From positions 1 to 64,000 of IMG/VR virus record IMGVR_UViG_3300030118_002460: DNA of 64,000 bases; one strand, written 5' to 3'. Origin of the DNA: a virus. Within the stretch, counting starts at the first letter, position 1, and each line of letters begins with the position of its first letter. The position numbers were made by a program, and so were the translations under genes. The notes under the pieces are model-generated. The model ran no database searches and was not told where the DNA came from. It saw nothing but the letters and a program-made list of their open reading frames with translations. Of the stretch, positions 50,965 through 60,708 are shown in pieces.

Positions 50965-52010
50965 CAAAGGTTGCAATCATTACAGACACACACCATGGAG
51001 CACGTAAAGGTTCCAAGTTGTTTCATGATTATTTTGAGCAGTTCTATAATGATGTATTCTTTCCAACACTAGACAAAGAAGGTATCACTACTGTAATTCA
51101 CATGGGTGATGCTTTTGATAGTAGGAAGGGTGTAGAGTTTAAGACACTCAAATGGTCAAAGAGAGTTATGTTTGATCCTCTTAAAGAGAGAGGTATCAAG
51201 ATGCACTTGATGGTTGGTAATCATGATGCATATTATAAGAATACTAATGATATCAATGCAGTAGATCTTCTACTCAAAGAGTATGAGAACATTACTGTTT
51301 ATTCTTCTGCAAAAGAAGTTAAGGTAGAAAATTTAGATATTCTATTTCTCCCCTGGATCAATGAAGAGAATAGGGAAGAAACACTCAATCTTATTAAAAA
51401 GACAAGTTGCAACTGCGCTATGGGGCATCTTGAACTCAATGGATTTAGAGTCAACAAACAAGTTGTCATGGATCATGGTTTGGATACCTCAATATTTGAG
51501 AAGTTCAAAAAGGTTTATTCTGGTCACTATCATACAAGATCAGATAATGGAAAAATCTACTACCTAGGAAATCCATATGAGATGTTCTGGAATGATGTAA
51601 ATGATAAGAGGGGGTTCCATCTGTTTGAAACAGATACTATGGAACACACACCTGTAAACAATCCATATCAACTCTTTAAGGTCATCTACTTTGATGACAC
51701 TGACTATCAACTCTTTGATACCAGACCTTATGAGAATAAGATTGTGAAGGTAGTTGTAAAGAACAAGAGCAATCCCACACAGTTTGAAAAATTTATTGAT
51801 AAACTATATGCAGCAGGTGTTGCAGAACTGAAAATTGTTGAAAACTTCAACTTCACTGGTTGGTATGATCATGATGATGAAGACCTTCAAACAGAAGATA
51901 CATTTTCTATATTAAATAGATATATTGATGAGGCAGAGGTCAGTCTTGACAAATCTGTGATTCAAAAAGTAATCAGAGAAGTTTATCAAGAGGCTTGTGA
52001 GTTGGTATAA
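50961..52010 (+). CDS. gp47: Recombination endonuclease gp47 (Mre11-like)
   Basis: DTHHG, GDAFD, GNHD, GHLE, SGHYH. Confidence 0.94.
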   Translation: MTKVAIITDTHHGARKGSKLFHDYFEQFYNDVFFPTLDKEGITTVIHMGDAFDSRKGVEFKTLKWSKRVMFDPLKERGIKMHLMVGNHDAYYKNTNDINAVDLLLKEYENITVYSSAKEVKVENLDILFLPWINEENREETLNLIKKTSCNCAMGHLELNGFRVNKQVVMDHGLDTSIFEKFKKVYSGHYHTRSDNGKIYYLGNPYEMFWNDVNDKRGFHLFETDTMEHTPVNNPYQLFKVIYFDDTDYQLFDTRPYENKIVKVVVKNKSNPTQFEKFIDKLYAAGVAELKIVENFNFTGWYDHDDEDLQTEDTFSILNRYIDEAEVSLDKSVIQKVIREVYQEACELV

Positions 52011-52282
52011 TGTACATCATCACAATTGAGGGGAAAGAAAAAGATGGGGCATACTCTGTTGTAGATAATGAGGGTGAGCAAGTTCTTTATATGTTTGTGG
52101 AGGAAGATGATGCCACAAGATACTCTATTCAATTGGAGGAGATGGGATATCCAGAGATGCACGTAATTGAAATAGAAGATGATATAATGGTCAAAACCTG
52201 TGAGATGCATGGTCACAGGTATGCTATAATTACTAAAAATGACATTGTGATTCCACCTGAAACTGAGTATGATTATATTTGA
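52010..52282 (+). CDS. Hypothetical protein (90 aa)
   Basis: Coupled between gp47 and gp46. Confidence 0.7.
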   Translation: MYIITIEGKEKDGAYSVVDNEGEQVLYMFVEEDDATRYSIQLEEMGYPEMHVIEIEDDIMVKTCEMHGHRYAIITKNDIVIPPETEYDYI

Positions 52283-53981
52283 GAAGATTAAATGGAAGAA
52301 CCTTCTTTCCACAGGTAATCAATTCACAGAAGTAAAACTGAATACTAGTGCAACCTCACTGATTATTGGAACTAATGGTGCAGGTAAGAGCACTATTCTT
52401 GATGCACTTACATTTTCATTGTATGGAAAGTCTTTCAGAAAGATCAACAAGGCGCAATTGATCAACAGCACAAATGAGAAGAGTTGTCTGGTAGAGATTG
52501 AGTTTACTGTCAATAGTACCAAGTGGAAAGTAGAGAGGGGAATCAAACCAGCAGTATTCAAAATCTATAAAGATGATGAACCACTAGACCAATCACACTC
52601 TGCACTGGATCAGCAGAAGTGGTTGGAGCAGAATGTATTGAAGATGAACTACAAATCATTTACCCAGATTGTTATTCTGGGCAGTAGTTCTTTCATCCCT
52701 TTTATGCAACTCCCTTCAAATAGTAGAAGAGAGGTTGTAGAAGATTTGTTGGATATCAAGATATTCTCCTCTATGAATGATATTGTGAAGAGTAGAATTC
52801 GTCAGATCAAGGATGAGATCAAGACACTTGACTTGAAAAAGGAATCACTCAAAGATAAAGTCTCAATGCAGAAGGATTTCATTGAGAAGATTGAGAACAA
52901 GAGCAAGGGTGACATCAAAGAAAAAGAGGAGAAGATTGAAAGTCTTCTGAATCAAGAATGCGGCAAGATGAATGATAATGAAAACTTGAATTTGAGTCTG
53001 GTTGAATTGCAGAATGAACTCAAAGACTACTCCAACTCCACAGAGAGGTTGAGAGAGATGGGAAATATCAAAGGTAAACTATCTCAGAAGATTGCAGGTA
53101 TTGTGAAGGAGCACAAGTTCTTCACTGACAATAGGGTTTGCCCCACCTGTGAACAGAATATTGAAGAGTCCTTTCGTGTAAATAGAATTGAGGACTCCCA
53201 AAATAAAGCACAAGAATTGCAAGAGGGGTATAAGAAACTCCAAGAGGCAATTAAAGAGGAAGAGTTGAGGGAGTCCATTTTTAAGCAAACCTCAGGGGAA
53301 ATCAGTAAAGTACTTAATGACATTTCTACAAACAATACTCAGATATCTGGGTTTCAGAAACAGATCAGAGGACTGGAATCTGAAATTCAAACTATTACCA
53401 GTCAGATCGCAAACAGAAATACTGAACATGAGAAGTTAGAAGAGTATAGAGAAAGTCTTCAAGATACATACAAGTTACTTGCTGATAAGAAAGAGAATAT
53501 TTCCTACTACGACTTCACTTATAATCTTCTCAAAGATGGTGGAGTAAAATCTCAAATCATTAAGAAGTATCTTCCCTTGATTAACCAGCAGGTTAATAAG
53601 TATCTGCAAATGATGGACTTCTACATCAACTTTAAACTTGATGAAGAATTTAATGAAACTATTGAAACACCCATTCATGAAGACTTTTCATATTCCTCAT
53701 TTTCAGAGGGTGAAAAAATGAGAATAGATCTATCCCTCCTCTTCACTTGGAGGGAGATCGCAAGAATGAAAAACTCTGTCAATACTAACCTATTGGTTAT
53801 GGATGAGGTGTTTGATTCATCTCTTGATGGAATGGGAACAGATGAGTTCTTGAAGATCATCAAATATGTGATCAAAGATGCTAATATCTTTGTGATATCT
53901 CACAAGACTGGGATGGAAGACAAGTTTGATAGTCTTCTTAAATTTGAAAAAGTAAAAGGATTCTCTACACTGACACCATGA
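52269..53981 (+). CDS. gp46: Recombination ATPase gp46 (Rad50-like)
   Basis: GTNGAGKS, CPTC zinc hook, FSEGEKMRID, MDEVFD. Confidence 0.95.
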   Translation: MIIFEKIKWKNLLSTGNQFTEVKLNTSATSLIIGTNGAGKSTILDALTFSLYGKSFRKINKAQLINSTNEKSCLVEIEFTVNSTKWKVERGIKPAVFKIYKDDEPLDQSHSALDQQKWLEQNVLKMNYKSFTQIVILGSSSFIPFMQLPSNSRREVVEDLLDIKIFSSMNDIVKSRIRQIKDEIKTLDLKKESLKDKVSMQKDFIEKIENKSKGDIKEKEEKIESLLNQECGKMNDNENLNLSLVELQNELKDYSNSTERLREMGNIKGKLSQKIAGIVKEHKFFTDNRVCPTCEQNIEESFRVNRIEDSQNKAQELQEGYKKLQEAIKEEELRESIFKQTSGEISKVLNDISTNNTQISGFQKQIRGLESEIQTITSQIANRNTEHEKLEEYRESLQDTYKLLADKKENISYYDFTYNLLKDGGVKSQIIKKYLPLINQQVNKYLQMMDFYINFKLDEEFNETIETPIHEDFSYSSFSEGEKMRIDLSLLFTWREIARMKNSVNTNLLVMDEVFDSSLDGMGTDEFLKIIKYVIKDANIFVISHKTGMEDKFDSLLKFEKVKGFSTLTP

Positions 53982-54133
53982 CTGATTGGACCATTCGCAG
54001 ACCAGTTGACATCTCAAAGGATTTCAAGGATACTGGTATGACCCTCATCACTGACCCTGCATCAGACAGGTATCTCAATGAATACGCCAAACTGGCAACA
54101 CCACAGCAAGAAAGCACAGAAGAGGAAACTTAA
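53978..54133 (+). CDS. Small hypothetical protein (51 aa; not in ORF track)
   Basis: ATGA overlap with gp46 stop; MTDWTIRRPVDISKDFKDTGMTLITDPASDRYL... Confidence 0.5.
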   Translation: MTDWTIRRPVDISKDFKDTGMTLITDPASDRYLNEYAKLATPQQESTEEET

Positions 54134-54227
54134 ACCTCAAGCCCTTAGGGCAAGAAAGGAAGCACTGCGCCACTTCAAGAAGAGGCACATGGGTCGCCCC
54201 AAGGGTGACCCTTTTGTTTTATTATGA
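54078..54227 (+). CDS. Small basic protein (49 aa; not in ORF track)
   Basis: MNTPNWQHHSKKAQKRKLKPQALRARKEALRHFKKRHMGRPKGDPFVLL. Confidence 0.55.
   Translation: MNTPNWQHHSKKAQKRKLKPQALRARKEALRHFKKRHMGRPKGDPFVLL
54191..54220 (+). terminator. Intrinsic terminator-like hairpin
   Basis: GGGTCGCCC-CAA-GGGTGACCC followed by TTTTGTTTT. Confidence 0.75.
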
Positions 54228-54248
54228 GTTCATCAAAGCAAAGGACCC

Positions 54249-56354
54249 ATGCCAGTCAATTATGAAATCAAGTCCCAGCTTGCAAAGTTGCTGGCCACTG
54301 AGGACATTATTGTGGAGAACAGGGAAGTTCAAACTGCACAGTTCAATGTTGATACTCGTGTCCTGACTCTTCCCATGTGGAAGCGTGCAAGTAATAGTGT
54401 ATATGATATGTTGGTTGGGCATGAGGTGGGTCATGCTCTCTACACTCCTAATGAAGATCCCCCATCACACATTCCCCATGGTTACATCAATGTGACAGAG
54501 GATGCACGCATTGAGAAACTGATGAAGCGTCGCTATCCTGGTCTGCATAAAAGTTTCTATGCTGGATACAAAGAACTTTCTGAACAGGACTTTTTCTGTA
54601 TTGAAGATTCTAATGTTGAAGAGATGACTCTTGCTGATCGTGTCAATCTGTATTTCAAGATTGGCAACTTCATTGATGTCTCTTTCAATGATGAGGAGAT
54701 TGAGATCAGAGATATGATTGCTGATGCAGAGACATTTGCAGATGCAGTTCTTGCAGCAGAGGTTCTCCACAACTATTGTAGAAGTGCTCAACCACCAGAG
54801 AAAGTTGGTGATCTTCCTAACCTCAATGACCAGGAAGGTTCAGGCACTGGACAATCTGTTGATACACCACAACAGCAACAGCAAGAATCAGAGGAAGGTG
54901 AGGAAGATGGTGATGAGGGTCAGGCAGGAGATGAGATAGAGGAAGAAGAACAGGAAGAACCTGACACATATTCAGATGGTGGTTCCAATAAAGCTCCTGA
55001 TGTCACCACTGATGATATCTTCAATGAGCGTACCCAAGAATTCAATGGACAGGATATGGGTCAGGAAATTGGATACTATGATCTCCCTATCATTGATCTT
55101 GACAACACCATCATCAGCAATGAGAGTGTTCACAAAGACCTGAATGAAGCATGGGAGAGAGAACTCACACCCCTTGAAGATGCCTATGGCAACAAGCATG
55201 TTGGTGATTTTACCTATGCTGATCTGAAATACCAGAACTTCAAGAAGTCAGCACAACGTGAAGTCAACTATCTTGTGAAGGAGTTTGAGTGTAAGAAGTC
55301 TGCTGATGCCTATGCACGTGCTGCTACCTCAAAGACTGGTGTTCTTGATTGCAGCAAACTGCACACCTACAAGTACAATGAGGATCTGTTCAAGAAGGTT
55401 ACTATCCTCCCTGATGGTAAGAATCATGGTCTGATCTTTATGCTTGACTGGTCAGGTTCTATGGCACATGAGATTGTTGACACTGTGAAGCAAGTTTACA
55501 ATCTTGTTTGGTTCTGCTCCAAGGTCAACATTCCCTTTGATCTTTATGCCTTCACTAATTCCTATCACTCCTGTGTACGCAAGCAACTTACAGAAGAGGA
55601 TGATGGTAGATTCCTTGTCCATGACTTCAATCTCCTCAACCTTCTGACCTCTGGTCACAACAGAAAGACTCTTGATGAGCAGATGAAGTCTGTATGGCGT
55701 CTTGTTTATGCAATGAGATACTATGTCAACTATCATGTTCCTCCTGGTTATGGTCTTTCTGGAACACCTCTCAATCAATCTATTGCTTGTCTCTATGAAT
55801 TGATTCCTCAGTTCAAGGCAAAGCATGGTCTTCAAAAGGTTCAGTGTGTAATCCTGACTGATGGTGAAGCAAATGTTCTTCCTATTGTTCGTAGAAGGGA
55901 CTGGGTTGATGATACTGGTTATTACAGTTGCTATCCTGCTGCAATCAACAGTTATCTTCGTAATAGGAAGAATGGATGCACTTATCAAATCCAATATGAT
56001 TACTACAAGTTCACTGATATTCTCCTCACTGACTTGAAGAGAACATTCCCTGATACAAACTTCATTGGATTCAGATTGGTTGATGGTCGCTCTATGAAGC
56101 ACTTTGTCAACAAGTATGAGATTGTTACAGATAAAGAGATCAAAGTTATGAAGAAGGACAAGTTCTTTGCAATCAAGAACTCTGGTTACACATCATACTT
56201 TGCTATGACTACCTCTGCTTTGAACTCAGAGACTGGTCTGGATGTTGATGAAGGTGCTACCAAGGCAAAGATCAAAGCAGCATTTGCTAAGAATCTTAAA
56301 GCAAAGGCACTAAATAAAAAAGTTCTCAGTCAGTTCATGGATCTGGTCTGCTGA
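54249..56354 (+). CDS. Metallopeptidase-VWA protein (CobT-like partner of CobS)
   Basis: HEVGH and EDARIE at the N-terminus, acidic linker, MIDAS DWSGS...GTPL...LTDGE. Confidence 0.8.
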   Translation: MPVNYEIKSQLAKLLATEDIIVENREVQTAQFNVDTRVLTLPMWKRASNSVYDMLVGHEVGHALYTPNEDPPSHIPHGYINVTEDARIEKLMKRRYPGLHKSFYAGYKELSEQDFFCIEDSNVEEMTLADRVNLYFKIGNFIDVSFNDEEIEIRDMIADAETFADAVLAAEVLHNYCRSAQPPEKVGDLPNLNDQEGSGTGQSVDTPQQQQQESEEGEEDGDEGQAGDEIEEEEQEEPDTYSDGGSNKAPDVTTDDIFNERTQEFNGQDMGQEIGYYDLPIIDLDNTIISNESVHKDLNEAWERELTPLEDAYGNKHVGDFTYADLKYQNFKKSAQREVNYLVKEFECKKSADAYARAATSKTGVLDCSKLHTYKYNEDLFKKVTILPDGKNHGLIFMLDWSGSMAHEIVDTVKQVYNLVWFCSKVNIPFDLYAFTNSYHSCVRKQLTEEDDGRFLVHDFNLLNLLTSGHNRKTLDEQMKSVWRLVYAMRYYVNYHVPPGYGLSGTPLNQSIACLYELIPQFKAKHGLQKVQCVILTDGEANVLPIVRRRDWVDDTGYYSCYPAAINSYLRNRKNGCTYQIQYDYYKFTDILLTDLKRTFPDTNFIGFRLVDGRSMKHFVNKYEIVTDKEIKVMKKDKFFAIKNSGYTSYFAMTTSALNSETGLDVDEGATKAKIKAAFAKNLKAKALNKKVLSQFMDLVC

Positions 56355-56409
56355 CCAGTTCTGAAACTGTCACCAGGGGATCCAAAAGGGGTCCCCTTTC
56401 CTTTATAAT
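56353..56409 (+). promoter_or_regulatory. Early-promoter element upstream of cobS
   Basis: CCAGTT-N4-AACTGTCAC dyad, then AGGGGATCC/GGGTCCCCT hairpin, then TATAAT at 56404. Confidence 0.55.
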
Positions 56410-56433
56410 AAACCTGTTGAACAAACAAACCAA

Positions 56434-57531
56434 ATGGCACTCTCTACTGAATTCATTGTTTCCTCTCTTCAATCCCTTTATGGTGATAATGTAACTACTG
56501 GTGATGTTCGTGCCTGGTGTGCTCTGAATGGTACTACCTATCAGACTGTCTCAAAGAAGATTGATCAATATAAGACTGGTCGTGGCAAGTGGGATCTGAC
56601 TGAGAAAGAAACCCTTGAGCAAACCTATCAAGCACCTGCTGCTCTCCCTGCTCTGGAACAAAACCTTATCCCTAGTAAAGATGATACCTTCGTCAGCTTT
56701 GGCAACTTCACTGATATTAAAAAGATTATTAAGTCCCGTCTTTTCTATCCTACATTTATTACAGGACTTTCTGGCAATGGCAAAACGTTCTGTGTTGAGC
56801 AAGCTTGTGCTTCTCTCAAGAGGGAACTGATCCGTGTCAACATCACGATTGAGACTGATGAGGATGATCTTATTGGTGGCTTTCGTCTTATTAATGGTGA
56901 AACTGTCTGGCACAATGGACCAGTCATTGAGGCTCTTGAAAGGGGAGCTGTTCTTCTTCTAGATGAGGTTGACCTTGCATCAAACAAGATCCTCTGCCTG
57001 CAATCTATTCTGGAAGGCAAAGGTCTGTTCTTGAAGAAGATTGGCAAGTACATTCAACCTGCTGATGGTTTCACTATCATTGCTACTGCCAACACCAAGG
57101 GCAAAGGTTCTGATGATGGACGCTTCATTGGCACCAATGTTCTGAATGAGGCATTCCTGGAACGCTTCTGTGTGACCTTTGAGCAGTCCTATCCTGCTCC
57201 TGCTACTGAGCAGAAGATCCTTGAAGGCATTTCTCTGGACCTTGATGTTGTAGACCGTGCCTTCTGCAAGCACCTGGTTGACTGGGCAGACATTATTCGC
57301 AAGACCTTCTATGATGGTGGTATTGAGGAAGTAATCAGCACTCGTCGCCTGGTTCACATCATTCGTGCTTACAGCATCTTTGGTGACAAGGAGAAAGCAA
57401 TTCAGGTCTGCATCAATCGCTTTGATGATGAGACCAAAGCATCCTTCCTGGAACTGTATGACAAGGTTGATGCTGATTTCCAACTGACCACTGAGGATTC
57501 AGTTGACGTTGCCACAGCAGCACCTTTCTGA
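56434..57531 (+). CDS. cobS: CobS-like MoxR AAA+ ATPase
   Basis: GLSGNGKT, LLLDEVD, ATANTKGKG, NEAFLERF, ISTRRL. Confidence 0.9.
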   Translation: MALSTEFIVSSLQSLYGDNVTTGDVRAWCALNGTTYQTVSKKIDQYKTGRGKWDLTEKETLEQTYQAPAALPALEQNLIPSKDDTFVSFGNFTDIKKIIKSRLFYPTFITGLSGNGKTFCVEQACASLKRELIRVNITIETDEDDLIGGFRLINGETVWHNGPVIEALERGAVLLLDEVDLASNKILCLQSILEGKGLFLKKIGKYIQPADGFTIIATANTKGKGSDDGRFIGTNVLNEAFLERFCVTFEQSYPAPATEQKILEGISLDLDVVDRAFCKHLVDWADIIRKTFYDGGIEEVISTRRLVHIIRAYSIFGDKEKAIQVCINRFDDETKASFLELYDKVDADFQLTTEDSVDVATAAPF

Positions 57532-57537
57532 TATAAT
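57509..57537 (+). promoter_or_regulatory. Sigma70-type promoter
   Basis: TTGCCA, 17 bp spacer, TGaTATAAT; GGAGG RBS at 57541. Confidence 0.7.
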
Positions 57538-57551
57538 ATTGGAGGATTATT

Positions 57552-57983
57552 ATGACTGAATATATGTCTAATGGAGATGTGACACTGAGTGACTATCAAG
57601 ACTTCTGGGGCACCACTGATGTAATCACAGGTGCCTTGGGTGCAGACTCTATCAGTCTGACTATTCCTGACCTTGATGAATCAATCACAGTGACAAATAA
57701 GTACAAATATGATGAGGAAGCTATCCTCAAAGAACTGACTGAATACATTGCTGGCACATACAAACAGCATTATTCAGCAGGAACAGATAAGATTCAAACA
57801 CTGGATCTTATTGATGCTTGTGGTGATGGTGAAGCATTTTGTAGATCCAACATTCTCAAGTATGCCTCTCGTTATGATAAGAAGGGCACAGCAAGAAGGG
57901 ACATTCTGAAGATTTTGCATTATGCAGTTCTTCTGCTACACTTTAATGATAAGTCCACAAAACGTGAAACCTACCCTCAATGA
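57552..57983 (+). CDS. DUF3310-like protein (T7 gp1.7 nucleotide kinase-like)
   Basis: QHY...IQTLDLI...FCRSNILKYASRYDKKG...DILKILHY. Confidence 0.65.
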   Translation: MTEYMSNGDVTLSDYQDFWGTTDVITGALGADSISLTIPDLDESITVTNKYKYDEEAILKELTEYIAGTYKQHYSAGTDKIQTLDLIDACGDGEAFCRSNILKYASRYDKKGTARRDILKILHYAVLLLHFNDKSTKRETYPQ

Positions 57984-58651
57984 ATATGAAACTCTCTGAA
58001 ACAACTGTAAACCTTCTCAAGAACTTCTCTTCTATCAATCAGTCCATTCTTTTCAAAGAGGGTAGCAAACTCAGGTCAATCTCTGTGATGAAGAACATCC
58101 TGGTTGAAGCAAATGTAAGTGAAGACTTCCCTAAGGACTTTGGTATCTATGATCTGAACCAGTTCCTTAATGGTCTCTCTCTGCATCAGAGTGCAGATCT
58201 AGACTTTACTAATGATCAGTATGTGGTTATCAAAGAAGGTAAGATGCGCTCCAAGTATTTCTTTGCTGATCCTACAGTCATTGTTGCACCCCCTGAGAAA
58301 GATATCTCACTGCCCACAGAGGATGTATGTTTTGTCTTGACCAGTCAGCAACTGGAGAAACTGAAGAAAGCAGCATCTGTCTATCAACTCCCTGATATCT
58401 CTGCTATTGGTGAAAATGGTGTAGTCAAATTGGTTGCACGTGACAAGAAGAATGACACCTCTAATGACTTCTCCATCATTGTTGGTGAGACTGATGCTGA
58501 GTTTGTTTTCAACTTCAAAGAAGAGAACTTGAAGATTGTCCCTGGAACATATGATGTAGTTGTTTCTCAGAAACTGCTGTCACGTTTTACAAATCAGAAT
58601 GTTGATGTGACTTATTTCATTGCACTTGAACCTGATTCAACTTTTGGGTGA
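57980..58651 (+). CDS. gp45: DNA polymerase sliding clamp gp45
   Basis: LKNFSSINQSI, FGIYDLNQFL, YFIALEPDS. Confidence 0.95.
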   Translation: MNMKLSETTVNLLKNFSSINQSILFKEGSKLRSISVMKNILVEANVSEDFPKDFGIYDLNQFLNGLSLHQSADLDFTNDQYVVIKEGKMRSKYFFADPTVIVAPPEKDISLPTEDVCFVLTSQQLEKLKKAASVYQLPDISAIGENGVVKLVARDKKNDTSNDFSIIVGETDAEFVFNFKEENLKIVPGTYDVVVSQKLLSRFTNQNVDVTYFIALEPDSTFG

Positions 58652-59106
58652 TGAGAGACTGGGAAACTCTATACAACAACCTCTCTGACTCTGAGAAAGA
58701 CAAGATTGCCATTCTCAGAGTTATGGAGTGTGCTAATGGTGTAATTCAACATGCATACAGAGATAAGTCTGACTTTGCCTTCCCTATTGAAGAAACAAGA
58801 AGGTCAATGAAGTTCAGTATGTCATGCATGAAAAGAATGGAAATTCCTCTCAAAGAGGAAACTATCACCTTTGAACCAGAGACACAAGAGTTAATGCGTG
58901 AAGCAAGAAGACTTTATGTCAGTGGATTCAAGAAAGATAATCCTGATGACCTTGAAGAGTTTATGGAGGTATCAAGGGCATCAGCAAAAGCATGTGGTCT
59001 GATGAGACTAACAAAGGCAAGACAGATCTTGGAAGATAATGTTGACGCCATTCCCACCAGTGCCCTAAACTGGGGTCTAGCATACCTAATGCAATTCTTA
59101 GTATGA
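58651..59106 (+). CDS. Hypothetical helical protein
   Basis: Coupled at both ends with neighbours. Confidence 0.65.
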   Translation: MRDWETLYNNLSDSEKDKIAILRVMECANGVIQHAYRDKSDFAFPIEETRRSMKFSMSCMKRMEIPLKEETITFEPETQELMREARRLYVSGFKKDNPDDLEEFMEVSRASAKACGLMRLTKARQILEDNVDAIPTSALNWGLAYLMQFLV

Positions 59107-59633
59107 ACATCTTTGTCACTGATCCTAGTCCTTGGAAGAGTGCTAGGGTCCTGCCTGACAAGCATATTGTCAAGATGCCCTTAGAGACCTGTCAGATGCT
59201 CTCTATTGTCTGCTCTGAGAAGTGGGGTCATGGGTTTGGGACTCTGCCTAGGCAGGATGGACAACCCTACAAGACCACCACAGGTGCTTTCAGAAACCAT
59301 CCCTGCACAGTCTGGGCAAACTCTTTTGTGATGAACTGGCAGTGGTTATTGCAACATGGTCTTGCCTTATGCTCTGAGTACAGAGATAGGTACAATAAAG
59401 AACATACCTGCTATCATACTCTCCTAGAAGCAAAGAGAATTCTACCCACTGGTGATCCCACAGGAAGGTCTGGTAAAGGTCCAACACCCTTTGTTTTTGC
59501 AGGACCAGATGAGTTCAAGTATGACAAAAGCATAGATATTTTTACTGCATACAAGAGATATATTGCATCCAAACCATGGGTATCAGACAATTATCTACGC
59601 ATTCCTGATCGTAAACCAGAATGGATTCAATGA
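59103..59633 (+). CDS. Pyrimidine-dimer DNA glycosylase/endonuclease V-like protein
   Basis: MNIF...DKHIVKMPLETCQMLS...NHPCTVW...EYRDRY..H. Confidence 0.7.
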   Translation: MNIFVTDPSPWKSARVLPDKHIVKMPLETCQMLSIVCSEKWGHGFGTLPRQDGQPYKTTTGAFRNHPCTVWANSFVMNWQWLLQHGLALCSEYRDRYNKEHTCYHTLLEAKRILPTGDPTGRSGKGPTPFVFAGPDEFKYDKSIDIFTAYKRYIASKPWVSDNYLRIPDRKPEWIQ

Positions 59634-59965
59634 GACACATACTATTCACTCTTAAAGGTTGTCCATTTGGTCTACTGGATGATGAGGCACATGTTCGTGT
59701 TGTTCTGACAAATGCTGCAACACTATCTGAAAGTCAATTGTTAAACATTGCCTCTCATAAATTTAACCCACAAGGTGTGACTGCTGTTGCTCTTCTTGCT
59801 GAGAGTCACATTAGCATTCATACCTGGCCAGAGGAGGGTATGGCAGTGTGTGATGTATTCACATGTGGTGAACATACTAATCCAAGATGTGGTGCTGCAT
59901 ACATGTATGAAGCAATGGGTGCCACTGACATTGTATCTGAAATCTTTACAAGACCTCTTTCATGA
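59630..59965 (+). CDS. speD: S-adenosylmethionine decarboxylase proenzyme
   Basis: HKFNPQGVTAVALLAESHISIHTWPE (E/S self-cleavage site) and DVFTCG. Confidence 0.9.
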   Translation: MRHILFTLKGCPFGLLDDEAHVRVVLTNAATLSESQLLNIASHKFNPQGVTAVALLAESHISIHTWPEEGMAVCDVFTCGEHTNPRCGAAYMYEAMGATDIVSEIFTRPLS

Positions 59966-60540
59966 ATAAACTAATAGTAACACTGATTGCATCTTTTCTA
60001 TTTGCAAGTCCAACATTAGCAGGAGGACCAGTTACACGTGAAGTCAGAGAACTTAGAATCAGAGAAAACTATCCTGAAGAAGTAAAAAATATCCTGACTC
60101 AACTGAATGACTTGGAGGTTGATGTTTACCTTGCCCCTGATAAGCAGTTCCCCAAACAATATCGTGGGTTGTATTATCCAGATAAAAATATGATTTACTT
60201 GAATAATAAGTATGTCAATAATGATGAAGAGTTGTTGAAAATTTTGAGACATGAGGGATGGCATGTGGCACAAGACTGTATGTCTACACTGGCAAACTCA
60301 ACTCTACTCAATGTATTAGATCACCACATTATCCCAATTGAGATAAAGGAAGAAACCATAGAGAGATATGGTCTTGATCCATATGTTGTTCGTATTGAGA
60401 GAGAAGCAGTCTGGGCATCAACTATTCCTGGAATGACTGCAACTGCCCTGTCTGTGTGTAACTCAGAATTTCCAATGTGGGAGGAGTATGATCCTCCATC
60501 AAGAACAAGAAGTTGGCTTTACATCAATGGTTATCTCTGA
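59962..60540 (+). CDS. Putative exported zinc metallopeptidase-like protein
   Basis: N-terminal signal-like segment; HExxH in LRHEGWHVAQDC; downstream EREA. Confidence 0.65.
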   Translation: MNKLIVTLIASFLFASPTLAGGPVTREVRELRIRENYPEEVKNILTQLNDLEVDVYLAPDKQFPKQYRGLYYPDKNMIYLNNKYVNNDEELLKILRHEGWHVAQDCMSTLANSTLLNVLDHHIIPIEIKEETIERYGLDPYVVRIEREAVWASTIPGMTATALSVCNSEFPMWEEYDPPSRTRSWLYINGYL

Positions 60541-60706
60541 CGTCCCACCTGAAATACTTGATTTCTGTGACAAGTTCACTTATGATACTGAAAGAGATAC
60601 CCTCAAGTATCTGGACTGTGTTTACATGAATATGGGTCTTTATGGGAATGACCCAAAACAACTCCAAGAGATGAGACAAAACATTATTATCCCTGTATTT
60701 GATTGA
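60527..60706 (+). CDS. Hypothetical protein (59 aa)
   Basis: Internal ATG of track ORF 60488; fills the gap before gp44. Confidence 0.5.
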   Translation: MVISDVPPEILDFCDKFTYDTERDTLKYLDCVYMNMGLYGNDPKQLQEMRQNIIIPVFD

Positions 60707-60708
60707 TT

